From Nibricoccus sp. (GTDB lineage: Bacteria; Verrucomicrobiota; Verrucomicrobiia; Opitutales; Opitutaceae), in contig JASGHG010000001.1 of the NCBI GenBank assembly GCA_047602425.1, positions 1,824,001-1,888,000 of the forward strand: 64,000 bases of DNA, given 5' to 3'. Position numbers and translations under genes: made by a program. Every line of letters begins with the position of its first letter. Positions within the stretch are counted from its first letter, which is position 1. Of this stretch, positions 48,879 through 59,173 are shown one piece after another. The notes under the pieces are model-generated. The model was not told the origin of the DNA. It ran no database searches and worked only from the letters and a program-made list of their open reading frames with translations.

Positions 48879-51710
48879 ATGAAACTGCTCCGTGCCTTCT
48901 GGCTGTTTGGCAAATGGTGCGCCGATTGCCTGCGTGACATCGCGCTTGTGTTTCTTTGGTTGTTTCTCGGCGCGATTCTGCTCGTTCAGATCAGCGTTGT
49001 TGCCAACCACCAGCTTCCCATGCCGGGCTGGATGCTTCGTAAGATTGAAACGCGCCTCAATACGGCCGGCCTCAAGATTCAGATCGGGCACGCTTCCATC
49101 GATACCACCGGTCGACTCAGCCTCGAAGATCTAAAGTTCACCCCGCTCACCTTTGACTCGCCCCTCGCGACCGTCGAAAATCTCCGCATCAGGCTCCAGC
49201 CTCTTGCGCTGCTCGCCGGTGAAATAAAACCCCTCTACATCCGCGTCAAAGGCCTGAGCCTCCTTCTGCCAGCCATGTTCTCCACGTCCGGGCAGGCCGA
49301 GGCCGTGATCAGCGATTTCAACCTCGCCTTCGGGCCGTCCGCGGAAAACTTCGCGCCCGATCAAGTTTCCGGCCGGGCCGGTGGCTTGACCTTCGACCTC
49401 CACGGATCCCTCGACCGTCCGCTCGATTTATTTTCGAAACCAGGAACAACACCCAATTTCTTCGGCTTCGACCCCGTCTTTCTCAAACGTTACGTAGACC
49501 ATGCCCGTACGCTCTCCCGCTTTTCCGCCGAGTTCGCCGCCTTCGATCATCCACATCTGTCCGTCGAACTGCTCCCCATCGGCACCGCCCGGTTCACGCT
49601 CACCGGCGGCAAACTCGAAACCGATCTCGCCCGGTTAAGCCCCAAGGCAGGCCGTCTCCGCGCCGAGGGCATTCGCCTGTTCACCAGTGTTTCTTTGCGC
49701 AAAACCCTACCCGATACCGTCGCCCTCCAAATCTCCTGCGCCCATGCCGGCACCACCACGGGCGCCGAGGTTCGCAACGTATTCTGCCGCGCCGTTCTCA
49801 AACTGCCGACCCAAAACGAACCGCTCTCTTTCGCCAATGCCGTTGTATCGACGTCCGTCGCCAGCCTCAGCCCCGTCACCCTCCGCGGTGCCGTAGCCGA
49901 GATAACCAGCACGGGACCCGACCGCGTCGCCGCTGAGTTCTGCACCGAAACACTCGGCGCCAAATGGTACGCAAGGGCAGACGCCGACACCGCCAACGGC
50001 CGCGCAGGTGTCTTCCTTCGCGGCGCGCTCACCAACGAGATCATCCAGCAGGTCGCACCCCGCCTTGGCATTGAAGCCGAAGTCCTCCTTAAACTCAGCG
50101 CACCCGCTCCGTTGGATTTCAAACTGGCATTTGGCGATAACTGGAAATTCCGCAACGCCCGCGGACACCTCAAGAGCGGCTACCTTGTCGGCTACCATGT
50201 TCCTTACAACGAAATCGAGGGAGACATCGATTTCGACGGCACGGAATTGCTGTGTCACAACCTCGCCGCTCGCCAGGGCGAAAACCACGCCACCGGTTCC
50301 TACTGGATGAATGTGCACACTAACCAATTCCGCTTCCTACTGGCCGGCCAGCTCCGCCCGCTCAACATCTCGGGTTACTTCGATTCATGGTGGCCGAATT
50401 TTTGGAAGTTTTTCGATTTCCCCGCCTCCGTGCCAACGGCGGATGTCGACGTCGCTGGCTTCTGGCACACGCCCCGTCACACCTCTGTCTTCGTCAGCGC
50501 GGACGTCACTCGGCCCGCGATGAATGGCATCACCTTCGACCGCCTGCGCACGACCATGTTTATCCGCCCACACTTTTACCACGCGCTCTCGCTCAAACTC
50601 GATCAAGGTGATCGCAATGCCAGCGGTTCGTTCATGCGGGTGGTCGATTTTCATCGTGAAACGGACGACCTCAAGACCATCGATTTCGATTTCACCACCA
50701 ATCTCGACCTCCAGGAAACCGCGCGCATTTTCGGCAAAGAAGGCGCTGAAACCGTGGAGCCCTTTACCTTCGGCCAGCCGCCCAACCTCCATCTCGTCGG
50801 ACACGTCGACGGCCCCGCGTCCGATCGTGGCGCTCACCGCAACATTCAGTTGGACCTCACGTCCACGGGTCCTTTCGCCCTCTATCATTTCCCTCTCAAC
50901 GATCTTTCTTTCCAAGGCACCATTCGCGACGACGAAATCATTCTCTCCGATATCCGCGTCGCTTTTGCCAGCGGTCGCGCCACTGGCACCGCTCGTATTC
51001 ATGGACCCGATACCAATCGCCAGCTCAGCTTCGATTGCACGCTGAAGGATGCTTTGCTCGGCGAGGCCATCACCACGCTCGAAGGTTATTCCGCCCGCTC
51101 ACGCGGCGAACCGCCACCCGCCCAAAGCCGTTTTCAACAGCAAAATGCCCAGGGCCGCCTCAATCTCGATCTAGGCGCCCAAGGTCTCTACAGCGATCCT
51201 TTCAGCTACTTCGGCCACGGCCACATGGAACTCACCAGCGCGCAACTCGCCCAGGTCAATCTGCTCGGCTCGCTCTCCCAACTTCTCAGCAAAACCCCGC
51301 TTTTCCGTTTCACTGCCCTCCAACTAAAGGAGGCGCGCTGCAGCTTCGTCCTCGAACGCGACAAGATCACCTTCCCCGACCTCAAGATCACCGGCACCAA
51401 TGCCGTCATTGACACCACCGGCGCTTTCCAGCTCGACAAGAAAGTCGTCGACTTCACCGCGCGCCTTTATCCCTTCGGCCAGGGTCGCAATGCCCTCGCC
51501 AGCGCGGCCGGGTTCCTTCTTGTTCCCCTTACCAACGCACTAGAGCTAAAACTCTCCGGCCGCATCGATCAACCCCACTGGCGTTTCACCTACGGCCCCA
51601 CCAGTTTCCTGTATAACATCACCGGGGCCAAACCCAACGAAAACCTCCCCGAAAATCCATCGGCCCCAAGCGGTCCCCGCAAACTTCCCCAGCCATACCT
51701 GCGGCGCTGA
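48879..51710 (+). CDS. AsmA-like (repeating beta-groove) envelope protein
   Basis: N-terminal TM anchor, long beta-rich body, C-terminal LELKLSGRIDQPHW motif. Confidence 0.7.
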   Translation: MKLLRAFWLFGKWCADCLRDIALVFLWLFLGAILLVQISVVANHQLPMPGWMLRKIETRLNTAGLKIQIGHASIDTTGRLSLEDLKFTPLTFDSPLATVENLRIRLQPLALLAGEIKPLYIRVKGLSLLLPAMFSTSGQAEAVISDFNLAFGPSAENFAPDQVSGRAGGLTFDLHGSLDRPLDLFSKPGTTPNFFGFDPVFLKRYVDHARTLSRFSAEFAAFDHPHLSVELLPIGTARFTLTGGKLETDLARLSPKAGRLRAEGIRLFTSVSLRKTLPDTVALQISCAHAGTTTGAEVRNVFCRAVLKLPTQNEPLSFANAVVSTSVASLSPVTLRGAVAEITSTGPDRVAAEFCTETLGAKWYARADADTANGRAGVFLRGALTNEIIQQVAPRLGIEAEVLLKLSAPAPLDFKLAFGDNWKFRNARGHLKSGYLVGYHVPYNEIEGDIDFDGTELLCHNLAARQGENHATGSYWMNVHTNQFRFLLAGQLRPLNISGYFDSWWPNFWKFFDFPASVPTADVDVAGFWHTPRHTSVFVSADVTRPAMNGITFDRLRTTMFIRPHFYHALSLKLDQGDRNASGSFMRVVDFHRETDDLKTIDFDFTTNLDLQETARIFGKEGAETVEPFTFGQPPNLHLVGHVDGPASDRGAHRNIQLDLTSTGPFALYHFPLNDLSFQGTIRDDEIILSDIRVAFASGRATGTARIHGPDTNRQLSFDCTLKDALLGEAITTLEGYSARSRGEPPPAQSRFQQQNAQGRLNLDLGAQGLYSDPFSYFGHGHMELTSAQLAQVNLLGSLSQLLSKTPLFRFTALQLKEARCSFVLERDKITFPDLKITGTNAVIDTTGAFQLDKKVVDFTARLYPFGQGRNALASAAGFLLVPLTNALELKLSGRIDQPHWRFTYGPTSFLYNITGAKPNENLPENPSAPSGPRKLPQPYLRR

Positions 51711-51790
51711 AATCCGACGCCGCATCGTTTGCGCGAAACAACATTGCCGGAGCACCCGCAGCCGCTTTGACTGGGAACCGACGAACACGG

Positions 51791-54700
51791 ATGGCACCCC
51801 AGCTCCCAGGCCCCCTCCTGCTAAGACGCCTTCATCTCGGACTCACGACCGCGCTGATCGCGCTTGCATCCATGTCGCTGGCGGCAGGGATGCTCGAGTT
51901 TAACGAACCGATACTTTGGGGCATTTTCACGTCTCCCTTGTCCGCCGGCGTCGCCGCGGGCTTTCTCCTCTTCGGCTTTTCGCTTCTCGGTGTGGAACTC
52001 GGCTGGAGCCGCGCAGGCCGGCTGGCCCTCGTCCCAGCCGCGATCGCTTGCTACCTCCAGCTGCAAAAACACCTGCCCCTGCAGCTGGCCTCACTCACCG
52101 CCGCCGCCCCAGCCTCCGCTGTCCCCAACACGGCACCGACTCACCTCGTCCTCGCTTTTTGCTTCGCCCTCGCCGGCCTGAGCCTCTCGCTGCTCTCTCA
52201 TAAAAAAACTTCATCGCGTGCGCCACTCGCTCTGGCATTCAGCGGCTCTCTCAGCACTGCCGTCGGCGGTTCCACCCTCCTCGGTTACACCCTCAATCTA
52301 CCGGCCGTTTATCACTGGGGCACCACCGACCGCCTTGCGCCCGCCGCCGCCATTCTTCTCATCCTGCTCGGTCTTCTCTATCTCAGCCTTGCTTGGCATC
52401 GCCACAGAGCCGATCGACCGGGTGCGCCCGCCTGGTTGCCCATGCCCGTTGTGGTTATGTCAACCACCTTGTCCCTTATCCTTTGGATCGGCCTGCGCGA
52501 ACGTGAAGCCATCTACCTCGGCACTCGCACCCAAATCGCCATCAATACCCTCGCCACGGCCATCAATGCCGAGATCGACCATCTTACCACCGCTGTCGAA
52601 CGACTGGCCCGCCGCTGGAACCAGGCCCCCGATCCCAATCCAGTCCTTTGGGAAACTGACGCCCGAACCCTCCTCGATGAAGCGCAGGGTTGCATTGCCG
52701 TAACCTGGCTCTCCCCCCAACGCCGCACCCTTCACGTTTATCCCACTCGTGGCAACGAGGCGCTCTTTTCCTACGACCACAACACAGATCCCGCACGCCG
52801 CGCCGCTCTTGATGCCGCCAGCCTTCACCTCGCGCCCACGCTATCCGCCACGCACGACCTCCTGCCGGCAGGACGCGGTTTTTCCCTCTGGTGCCCCGTT
52901 CTTCGCAACAACCAGCTTGCCGGTTACGCGGGTTGCGAAATTCTCTACCGCCCCTTCTTCGCCGCCCTTTGCCAGAAGCTCAAACTCGCCGGCACCTACG
53001 ACATCGCACTTTCGATCGGACAAGAACTTATTTATACCGCCAACGTGGGCAGCAGTTCCAGCGCCGCCCACCACTTCGAATCCATTTTCAGCCTGCATGA
53101 CCGGCGCCTTCGGATCGAACTGACCCCATCCAGCCAATATCTCCAATCCAACCGCCGACCCCTCCCGGAAGTCGCCCTCCTCGCCGGCCTCGGCATCACG
53201 GTCCTGCTCGGCCTCAGCGTCCATCTCGCCAGCGCCGCGCGCACCCGGCTTCGCGACTCCCGCCTGGCTAATGTCCGGCTTCTCGCCGAAAACGAGGAGC
53301 GTCGTCGCGTCGAAGAAATGCTCAAAATTTCCGACGAACGCCTTCGCCTCGCCCTCGACAGCACCCAGATCGGCATCTTCGAATGGAATCTTCCCATCAA
53401 TCAGCTCTACTACAGCAGCGGCGTCTGGACCATGCTCGGCTACCTCCCGGGGGTGATACCGCCCACTCCCGAAGCTTGGACTGCCCTGATCCATCCCGAG
53501 GATCTTCCCGGCTATAAAACCATCGTCGAGAACCAACTCAAAGGGTTGGTCTCCTTCATCGAACCCGAGTACCGCGTCCGCACCGCCGAAGGCGAATGGC
53601 GCTGGATCTGCGCGCGTGCGCGAGCCGTCAGTCGCACGCCCAGCGGCGCTCCGCTTCGCATCATCGGCACCCTTCAGGATATCACTCCGCGAAAAAACTC
53701 CGAGCAAGCCTTGCGGGAAAGCCAGGCCGCCGCCCGCAAACTCGCCTTCGTCGCCAGCCGAACCGACAACCTGGTCATCATCGCGCGTCCCGACGGTTCC
53801 ATCGAGTGGGTCAACGAGTCTTTCGAGCGCGTCATGGAGTTGTCTCACTCTGAAATCGAAGGACGCAATCCCATCACTTTCATGGTCGGCCCCGAGACCA
53901 ATCCCCGGACCGTCCGCCGCATCAAGGCCGCCATGAAACGCGGCGAAGGCATCAGTACGGACATCGTCAACTATTCCAAATCGGGAAAAAAATACCACCT
54001 TCACCTCGAAATCCAGCCGGTCCGCAACGAAGCCGGTGTGTTGGAAAATTTTATCGGCGTCATGGCCGACATCACCGCTCGCGTCGAAACCGAACACAAT
54101 CTCCGGCGCGCCAAGACCGAGGCCGACGCCGCCTCGCGTGCCAAGAGCGAATTCCTCGCCTCCATGTCGCACGAAATTCGCACGCCCATGAACGGCGTCA
54201 TCGGCATGACCAGCCTCCTTCTCGACACCAAGCTCAACCACGAGCAACGCGATTACGTTTCCACGATCCGCAGCTCCGGCGACGCCCTGCTCACCATCAT
54301 CAACGACATTCTCGATTTCTCGAAAATCGAATCCGGCAAACTCGAACTCGAACGCCATCCTTTCGATCTCTCCATCTGCCTCGAGGAGGCCCTCGACCTG
54401 TTTTCCGTCGCGGCTGCGGAAAAAGATCTCGAACTGGTTTATCACATCGACGATGCCGTACCCGGTTGGATCGTTGGCGATGTCACCCGCCTCCGCCAGA
54501 TCCTCGTTAATCTCGTCAATAACGCCGTCAAGTTCACGCCGTCCGGCAGCATCGCCATTACCGCCACGCGTATTGGAACACCGGATACCAATCCCGCCAT
54601 CGCCAAACCCGTCACCATCGAACTCGCTGTCACCGACACGGGCATCGGCATCCCGGCCGATCGCATGCACCGGCTCTTCCGACCGTTCAGCCAGGTCGAC

Positions 54701-55702
54701 TCCTCCACTACTCGCAAATACGGCGGCACTGGCCTCGGCCTAGCCATTTGCCACCGCCTGTGCGGACTCATGGGTAGCGGCATCACCGTAACCAGCACCC
54801 AGGGACAAGGCTCCACCTTTAAATTCGAAGTCAACACCGAATCGGTTCCGACTCCCCCTGGCTGGGGCCTCCCCGAAATGCCCGTGCAACTCAACTACGG
54901 TCCGGTCCTTTGTCTCGACGATCACCCCGTCACCCAGAATCGACTCGAAACTTTCTTCCGCGCTTGGGGTGCCCGAGCCACCTGTGCCCCGACTCGTGAA
55001 ACCGCAGCCGATTTCCTCGCCCGCGACCTCAAGCCGTCCGCCGTCGTTCTCGATTACAATCTCGTCAAAACCCGCGAAGCCGCCCCGCTGCTTGCCACGC
55101 TTCTCGAAAAGGAAATCCCCACGCTCTTCCTGCTGCCCAACGCGCAAACCCCTGCCGCCGATTTGCCACCCTGCGAGCACTTTTCCGTCATCTCGAAACC
55201 TCTTCGCAACCTCACCTTGGTGCGCGGTCTCCAAGCTCTCTTTCACGCCCTGCCTGAAAGTACCCCTCCTTTCGCCTACGCGCCCGCCGCCAATCAACAC
55301 CTGCTCGCCCACGAAATCCCGCTCAACATCCTGCTGGTCGAAGACAATCCGGTTAACCAAAAAGTCGCCCTTCGCTTCCTTGATCGCCTGGGCTACCGCG
55401 CCGACGCCGTCGCCAATGGCATCGAGGCCGTCGCCGCTTTGGAGGCGCGCCGTTACGACCTCATTTTAATGGACCTGCAGATGCCCGAAATGGATGGCTT
55501 CGAAGCCTCCCGCCAAATTCGTAAACGCTTCCCCCTTGAACACCAGCCCCGCATCGTCGCCCTGACCGCCAATGCCCTTTCCGGCGATCGTGAACTCTGC
55601 CTCGCCGCCGGCATGAATGACTACATTGCCAAGCCCGTGAAACTCCACGAAATCGCCGATTCCATCCGGCGTCAGTTCAGCGGCAGCCGCCCCCCGTTCT
55701 GA
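51791..55702 (+). CDS. Hybrid sensor histidine kinase (TM, CHASE-like, 2 PAS, HisKA, HATPase, 2 REC)
   Basis: FLASMSHEIRTPMNG, NLVNNAVKFT, DTGIGI, GGTGLGL, LVEDNPVN, MDLQMPEMDG. Confidence 0.93.
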   Translation: MAPQLPGPLLLRRLHLGLTTALIALASMSLAAGMLEFNEPILWGIFTSPLSAGVAAGFLLFGFSLLGVELGWSRAGRLALVPAAIACYLQLQKHLPLQLASLTAAAPASAVPNTAPTHLVLAFCFALAGLSLSLLSHKKTSSRAPLALAFSGSLSTAVGGSTLLGYTLNLPAVYHWGTTDRLAPAAAILLILLGLLYLSLAWHRHRADRPGAPAWLPMPVVVMSTTLSLILWIGLREREAIYLGTRTQIAINTLATAINAEIDHLTTAVERLARRWNQAPDPNPVLWETDARTLLDEAQGCIAVTWLSPQRRTLHVYPTRGNEALFSYDHNTDPARRAALDAASLHLAPTLSATHDLLPAGRGFSLWCPVLRNNQLAGYAGCEILYRPFFAALCQKLKLAGTYDIALSIGQELIYTANVGSSSSAAHHFESIFSLHDRRLRIELTPSSQYLQSNRRPLPEVALLAGLGITVLLGLSVHLASAARTRLRDSRLANVRLLAENEERRRVEEMLKISDERLRLALDSTQIGIFEWNLPINQLYYSSGVWTMLGYLPGVIPPTPEAWTALIHPEDLPGYKTIVENQLKGLVSFIEPEYRVRTAEGEWRWICARARAVSRTPSGAPLRIIGTLQDITPRKNSEQALRESQAAARKLAFVASRTDNLVIIARPDGSIEWVNESFERVMELSHSEIEGRNPITFMVGPETNPRTVRRIKAAMKRGEGISTDIVNYSKSGKKYHLHLEIQPVRNEAGVLENFIGVMADITARVETEHNLRRAKTEADAASRAKSEFLASMSHEIRTPMNGVIGMTSLLLDTKLNHEQRDYVSTIRSSGDALLTIINDILDFSKIESGKLELERHPFDLSICLEEALDLFSVAAAEKDLELVYHIDDAVPGWIVGDVTRLRQILVNLVNNAVKFTPSGSIAITATRIGTPDTNPAIAKPVTIELAVTDTGIGIPADRMHRLFRPFSQVDSSTTRKYGGTGLGLAICHRLCGLMGSGITVTSTQGQGSTFKFEVNTESVPTPPGWGLPEMPVQLNYGPVLCLDDHPVTQNRLETFFRAWGARATCAPTRETAADFLARDLKPSAVVLDYNLVKTREAAPLLATLLEKEIPTLFLLPNAQTPAADLPPCEHFSVISKPLRNLTLVRGLQALFHALPESTPPFAYAPAANQHLLAHEIPLNILLVEDNPVNQKVALRFLDRLGYRADAVANGIEAVAALEARRYDLILMDLQMPEMDGFEASRQIRKRFPLEHQPRIVALTANALSGDRELCLAAGMNDYIAKPVKLHEIADSIRRQFSGSRPPF

Positions 55703-56017
55703 ACTTAAAGGTCACTTGCTCCGCAAAATCCGGCGTCGGAGTTCCATAAACTTCGGCTACGTTTTCGAAAACGTGTCCCAATTGGGTAACCTTGCCGTTT
55801 ACAGAGGGTTCAACTCCTCCGAGACAACCAGCCGCCAGAGGCCATTTGCTTGCATATTTTTGGTTGACGAAAGCAAGCCATCGTAAAAAGGTTCTTCTGA
55901 CACCCACCTGCGATTATCGCAGCTTCAACCCATAACTCACACCACAGCAGAAAGACACCTTCGCCCCTGCGCGACTAGGACTCGAATCCTTTTTTGTCCC
56001 ATACCAACAACCACACC

Positions 56018-59000
56018 ATGAAACCCACACAACCCAACACCATGCAGAACATCCATCGGAGCTTCTTCCGATGGATGACCACCGGCGTTGTTGCCTTGGT
56101 TTTGAGCCTCACCTCCGCGGTGTACGCCCAAACCACCGGCACTATCTCCGGCCAGGTCGTCGATAGCTCCACTGGCAAGTACCTCGAAGGCGCCGAAGTC
56201 AACGTCAATGACCTCCGCACCACCACCGAACGCGATGGCCGGTTCACGGTCCGCAACGTTCCCGCCGGCTCACAGAAAGTCATCGTCAACTACCCCGGCC
56301 TCGAAACCACCGAGAGCGCCGTCGAAGTGGCCGCTGGCCAGACGGTCGACGTCGCCGTCAAAATGGCTTCCTCCGAAGTCATCACCCTCGGCGAATTCAA
56401 AGTTGAAGGCGCCAAGGAAGGCATGTCCCAGGCGGTGGCCCTTCAAAAAGTCGCCATCCAAGCCAAGCTCGTTACCGCTGGCGACCAGTTCGGCGCCATC
56501 TCCGAAGGCAACGTCGGCGAATACCTCAAGTACCTCCCCGGCGTCGGCGTTGACTACAACGTAAACGACGCCCGCGGCGTTTCCCTCCGCGGTCTTCGCA
56601 CCAGCTTCACCATCATCGCCGTCGACGGCACACCCATGGCCTCCGCCTCCTCCGGCGCCGCCAATCGCCGCTTCGAACTCGAACAGGTCAACTCCACCAA
56701 CGTCGAGACCACCGAAGTCTACAAAATGCTCCTTCCCGACGCTCCAGCCGACGCCACCGGCGGCTATATCAACATGGTCACCAAGAGCGCTTTCGACCGT
56801 CAGGACATCCAACGCATCGAATACGATGTCAGCCTCCTCGTCCCCAGCAGCCGCCTTAACGACGCCCTTTCTTCGCAAGCCGGCACGTGGGGTGGCAGCG
56901 AACACCATGTCGTCCGTCCCAACATGGATATGAACTTTGCTCGCCGCGTAAGCGACAAGTTCGGCTTCAATCTCAGCTACAAGCTCTCCGAACGCTACGA
57001 CGATTCACCGCGCACTGAATACACATGGCTCACGACAGCTGCTGCCGCCAGCGGCACAGCAGCCACCAACCCGCTCACCCTGGCTGATCCGACCCTTTCG
57101 GTTTACAACCAGAACAATGAGCAAAAGCTCACGCATCGTGAATCCTTCGGCGCAAAACTGGATTACTTCATCACCGATTCCACCAAGCTCACCTTCTCCG
57201 GCCAATGGAATTGGTATGATCTGACCTTCAGCCAACGTGCCATGACCTACACGTTCGGCACCAATAGTGTCGTCAATCTGCCCGGTATTGAAAACAACCA
57301 AGCCGCTGGCTCCGGACGCTCGATTGCAAACAACGTCAATCAACGCCGCAAGTATGGCACGACCACCCATCTCAACACCACACTGCGTCACGAATTCAAT
57401 GACCACTCGAGCGCTTGGCTCACAGGTTATTGGTCGCAGGCTGACAGCAAATATCGCGACACCACCGGCGATTTCCTCGCGCAAGTCAGCGCAAACTACA
57501 ATGGCAACCCCGGCTTCGTCGTTAGCAACGTTGCTTCGAGCCAGAAGAATCCCGGAGTTGCAGTCAACGGAGCCACTGAAGCCCAGCTGCGCAGCCTCGC
57601 CAATTATACAATCCAGAACGGCGCGAGCACCCGTTCCCGTCCGCTCACCGGCCTCGACACCAAGAGCGGTGTTCGTGGCGACTACAAATATGAGCTGGAT
57701 CTTGCCGTTCCGCTGACACTCCAAAGCGGTTTTGCCTACGATGTCGTCAGTCGCGGGATCAATGAATTTGAGTTCCGCGCTCCGACTTCGGTCACTGGTT
57801 CCGCTTCAGCGATCGCCTCCGACTACATCTTCGACTACGGCTACAACTACGGTGTCGGCCAAGTCGTGGACGTCTACAAAGCGTTTAGTCTTTTCGGCGC
57901 AACCGTCATGGATACCCGGCCCAATACTTGGAACGTCACCCACTTCCAGGAAGACAACAAAGCCGGATACTTCCGCGCAGATGCTGTCTTTTTGAAGAAC
58001 CTGACTCTCGCCGGTGGCGTTCGCTGGGAACAGCACAACCTTGAAGCCAATCGCTTCAGCGTCGTCACGGCCGGTTCCCGTCCGAACACCGTCAAATTGG
58101 ACTATAGCAAACTGTATCCTTCGCTCATGGCCAAATATCAGCCTACGCGCCAATGGATCTTCCGTACCGGTGTTAGCAAGACCGTCGGTCACCCCGACTA
58201 TGCTGAAGTTTTGCCGACCGTCACCTACATCGAAGGCAGCACGACCGGTATCAACATCACCGTGCCTGCCGACGGTCTGAAACCCTACTACGTCACCAAC
58301 TACGACGTGAGCGGCGAATACTACTTCTCAAAGTCCGGCTTGGTCAGCGCCTCCATTTTCCGCAAGGACGTTGAAGGCTTCATTTCCGCCGTCGGTATCA
58401 CTGACCCCGCCCAGCGCCGCGCTTTGATTCGGAAGCATATCAATCCGAATTTCTCGGACACCGATCCTCTCCCAACCGGTACGTTCCAAGAATATCAAAA
58501 CGGTAAGAATTCCACCGTCGAAGGTCTCGAACTGATGTACAATCAGAACCTCTCCTTCCTCCCGGCTCCGTTCAACGGCCTCAATCTCCAGGTCAACTGG
58601 TCAAAGATGGATGTCGATGCGGACGCCGACGTAGATCCGGTCACCGGCCTGCCGAACGGAGGTACGTCCACCCAGTACGCCCAGGAAACCGCCGCCAATC
58701 TGCAAACCTTCAACTTCGCCATTGGTTACCGCCAAAAGAAGTTCAGCACGCAGGTCAGCGCGAATTGGACCGACGACAAGCTGATCGCCACTTCGATCTC
58801 GAACAACACGCTCAATTCGTATCAAGCGCCCGACTGGAAGGTAAACATCACCGCGAAGTACGAGCTGAATCGCCACTACATCGTCTACATCAACGTCAGC
58901 AACTTGTTCTCCCAACGTACCGAATACTACCGAGGCTCAGCCCTCGGCACGCAGGACACCACCCTGCCGTTCCGCAAGTTCGAATTCGGCTACCCTCACA

Positions 59001-59029
59001 TCGCCCTCGGCGTGAAGGGCTCGTTCTAA
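56018..59029 (+). CDS. TonB-dependent receptor, paralog of 8723-11755
   Basis: GKYLEGAEV, KEGMSQAVALQK, EGNVGEYLKYLPG; C-terminal LGVKGSF. Start could be 56018 or 56042. Confidence 0.92.
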   Translation: MKPTQPNTMQNIHRSFFRWMTTGVVALVLSLTSAVYAQTTGTISGQVVDSSTGKYLEGAEVNVNDLRTTTERDGRFTVRNVPAGSQKVIVNYPGLETTESAVEVAAGQTVDVAVKMASSEVITLGEFKVEGAKEGMSQAVALQKVAIQAKLVTAGDQFGAISEGNVGEYLKYLPGVGVDYNVNDARGVSLRGLRTSFTIIAVDGTPMASASSGAANRRFELEQVNSTNVETTEVYKMLLPDAPADATGGYINMVTKSAFDRQDIQRIEYDVSLLVPSSRLNDALSSQAGTWGGSEHHVVRPNMDMNFARRVSDKFGFNLSYKLSERYDDSPRTEYTWLTTAAAASGTAATNPLTLADPTLSVYNQNNEQKLTHRESFGAKLDYFITDSTKLTFSGQWNWYDLTFSQRAMTYTFGTNSVVNLPGIENNQAAGSGRSIANNVNQRRKYGTTTHLNTTLRHEFNDHSSAWLTGYWSQADSKYRDTTGDFLAQVSANYNGNPGFVVSNVASSQKNPGVAVNGATEAQLRSLANYTIQNGASTRSRPLTGLDTKSGVRGDYKYELDLAVPLTLQSGFAYDVVSRGINEFEFRAPTSVTGSASAIASDYIFDYGYNYGVGQVVDVYKAFSLFGATVMDTRPNTWNVTHFQEDNKAGYFRADAVFLKNLTLAGGVRWEQHNLEANRFSVVTAGSRPNTVKLDYSKLYPSLMAKYQPTRQWIFRTGVSKTVGHPDYAEVLPTVTYIEGSTTGINITVPADGLKPYYVTNYDVSGEYYFSKSGLVSASIFRKDVEGFISAVGITDPAQRRALIRKHINPNFSDTDPLPTGTFQEYQNGKNSTVEGLELMYNQNLSFLPAPFNGLNLQVNWSKMDVDADADVDPVTGLPNGGTSTQYAQETAANLQTFNFAIGYRQKKFSTQVSANWTDDKLIATSISNNTLNSYQAPDWKVNITAKYELNRHYIVYINVSNLFSQRTEYYRGSALGTQDTTLPFRKFEFGYPHIALGVKGSF

Positions 59030-59056
59030 ACGAAGAACGAACCAACGATTAACTCC

Positions 59057-59083
59057 AAGGCCCGCCACACGGCGGGCCTTTTT
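59057..59083 (+). terminator. Rho-independent terminator
   Basis: AAGGCCCGCC-ACAC-GGCGGGCCTTTTT. Confidence 0.85.
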
Positions 59084-59152
59084 CATGCCCATCGGATGCC
59101 GATCGCGTCACCCGCCGCGCATCGTGCGATACGTGGGAGCCCCAAAACCAAC

Positions 59153-59173
59153 TTGTCTCGTATTACGTCACAT
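59153..59173. repeat. Palindrome family, copy 4 (degenerate)
   Basis: TTGTCTCGTATTACGTCACAT; same CGTATTACG core as copy 3. Confidence 0.55.

Noticed and set aside
55703..56017. Cobalamin or TPP riboswitch upstream of the TonB receptors (also 11756-12159)
   Set aside because: No B12-box, GGGAA/GCCACTG pattern or TPP CTGAGA motif recognized.
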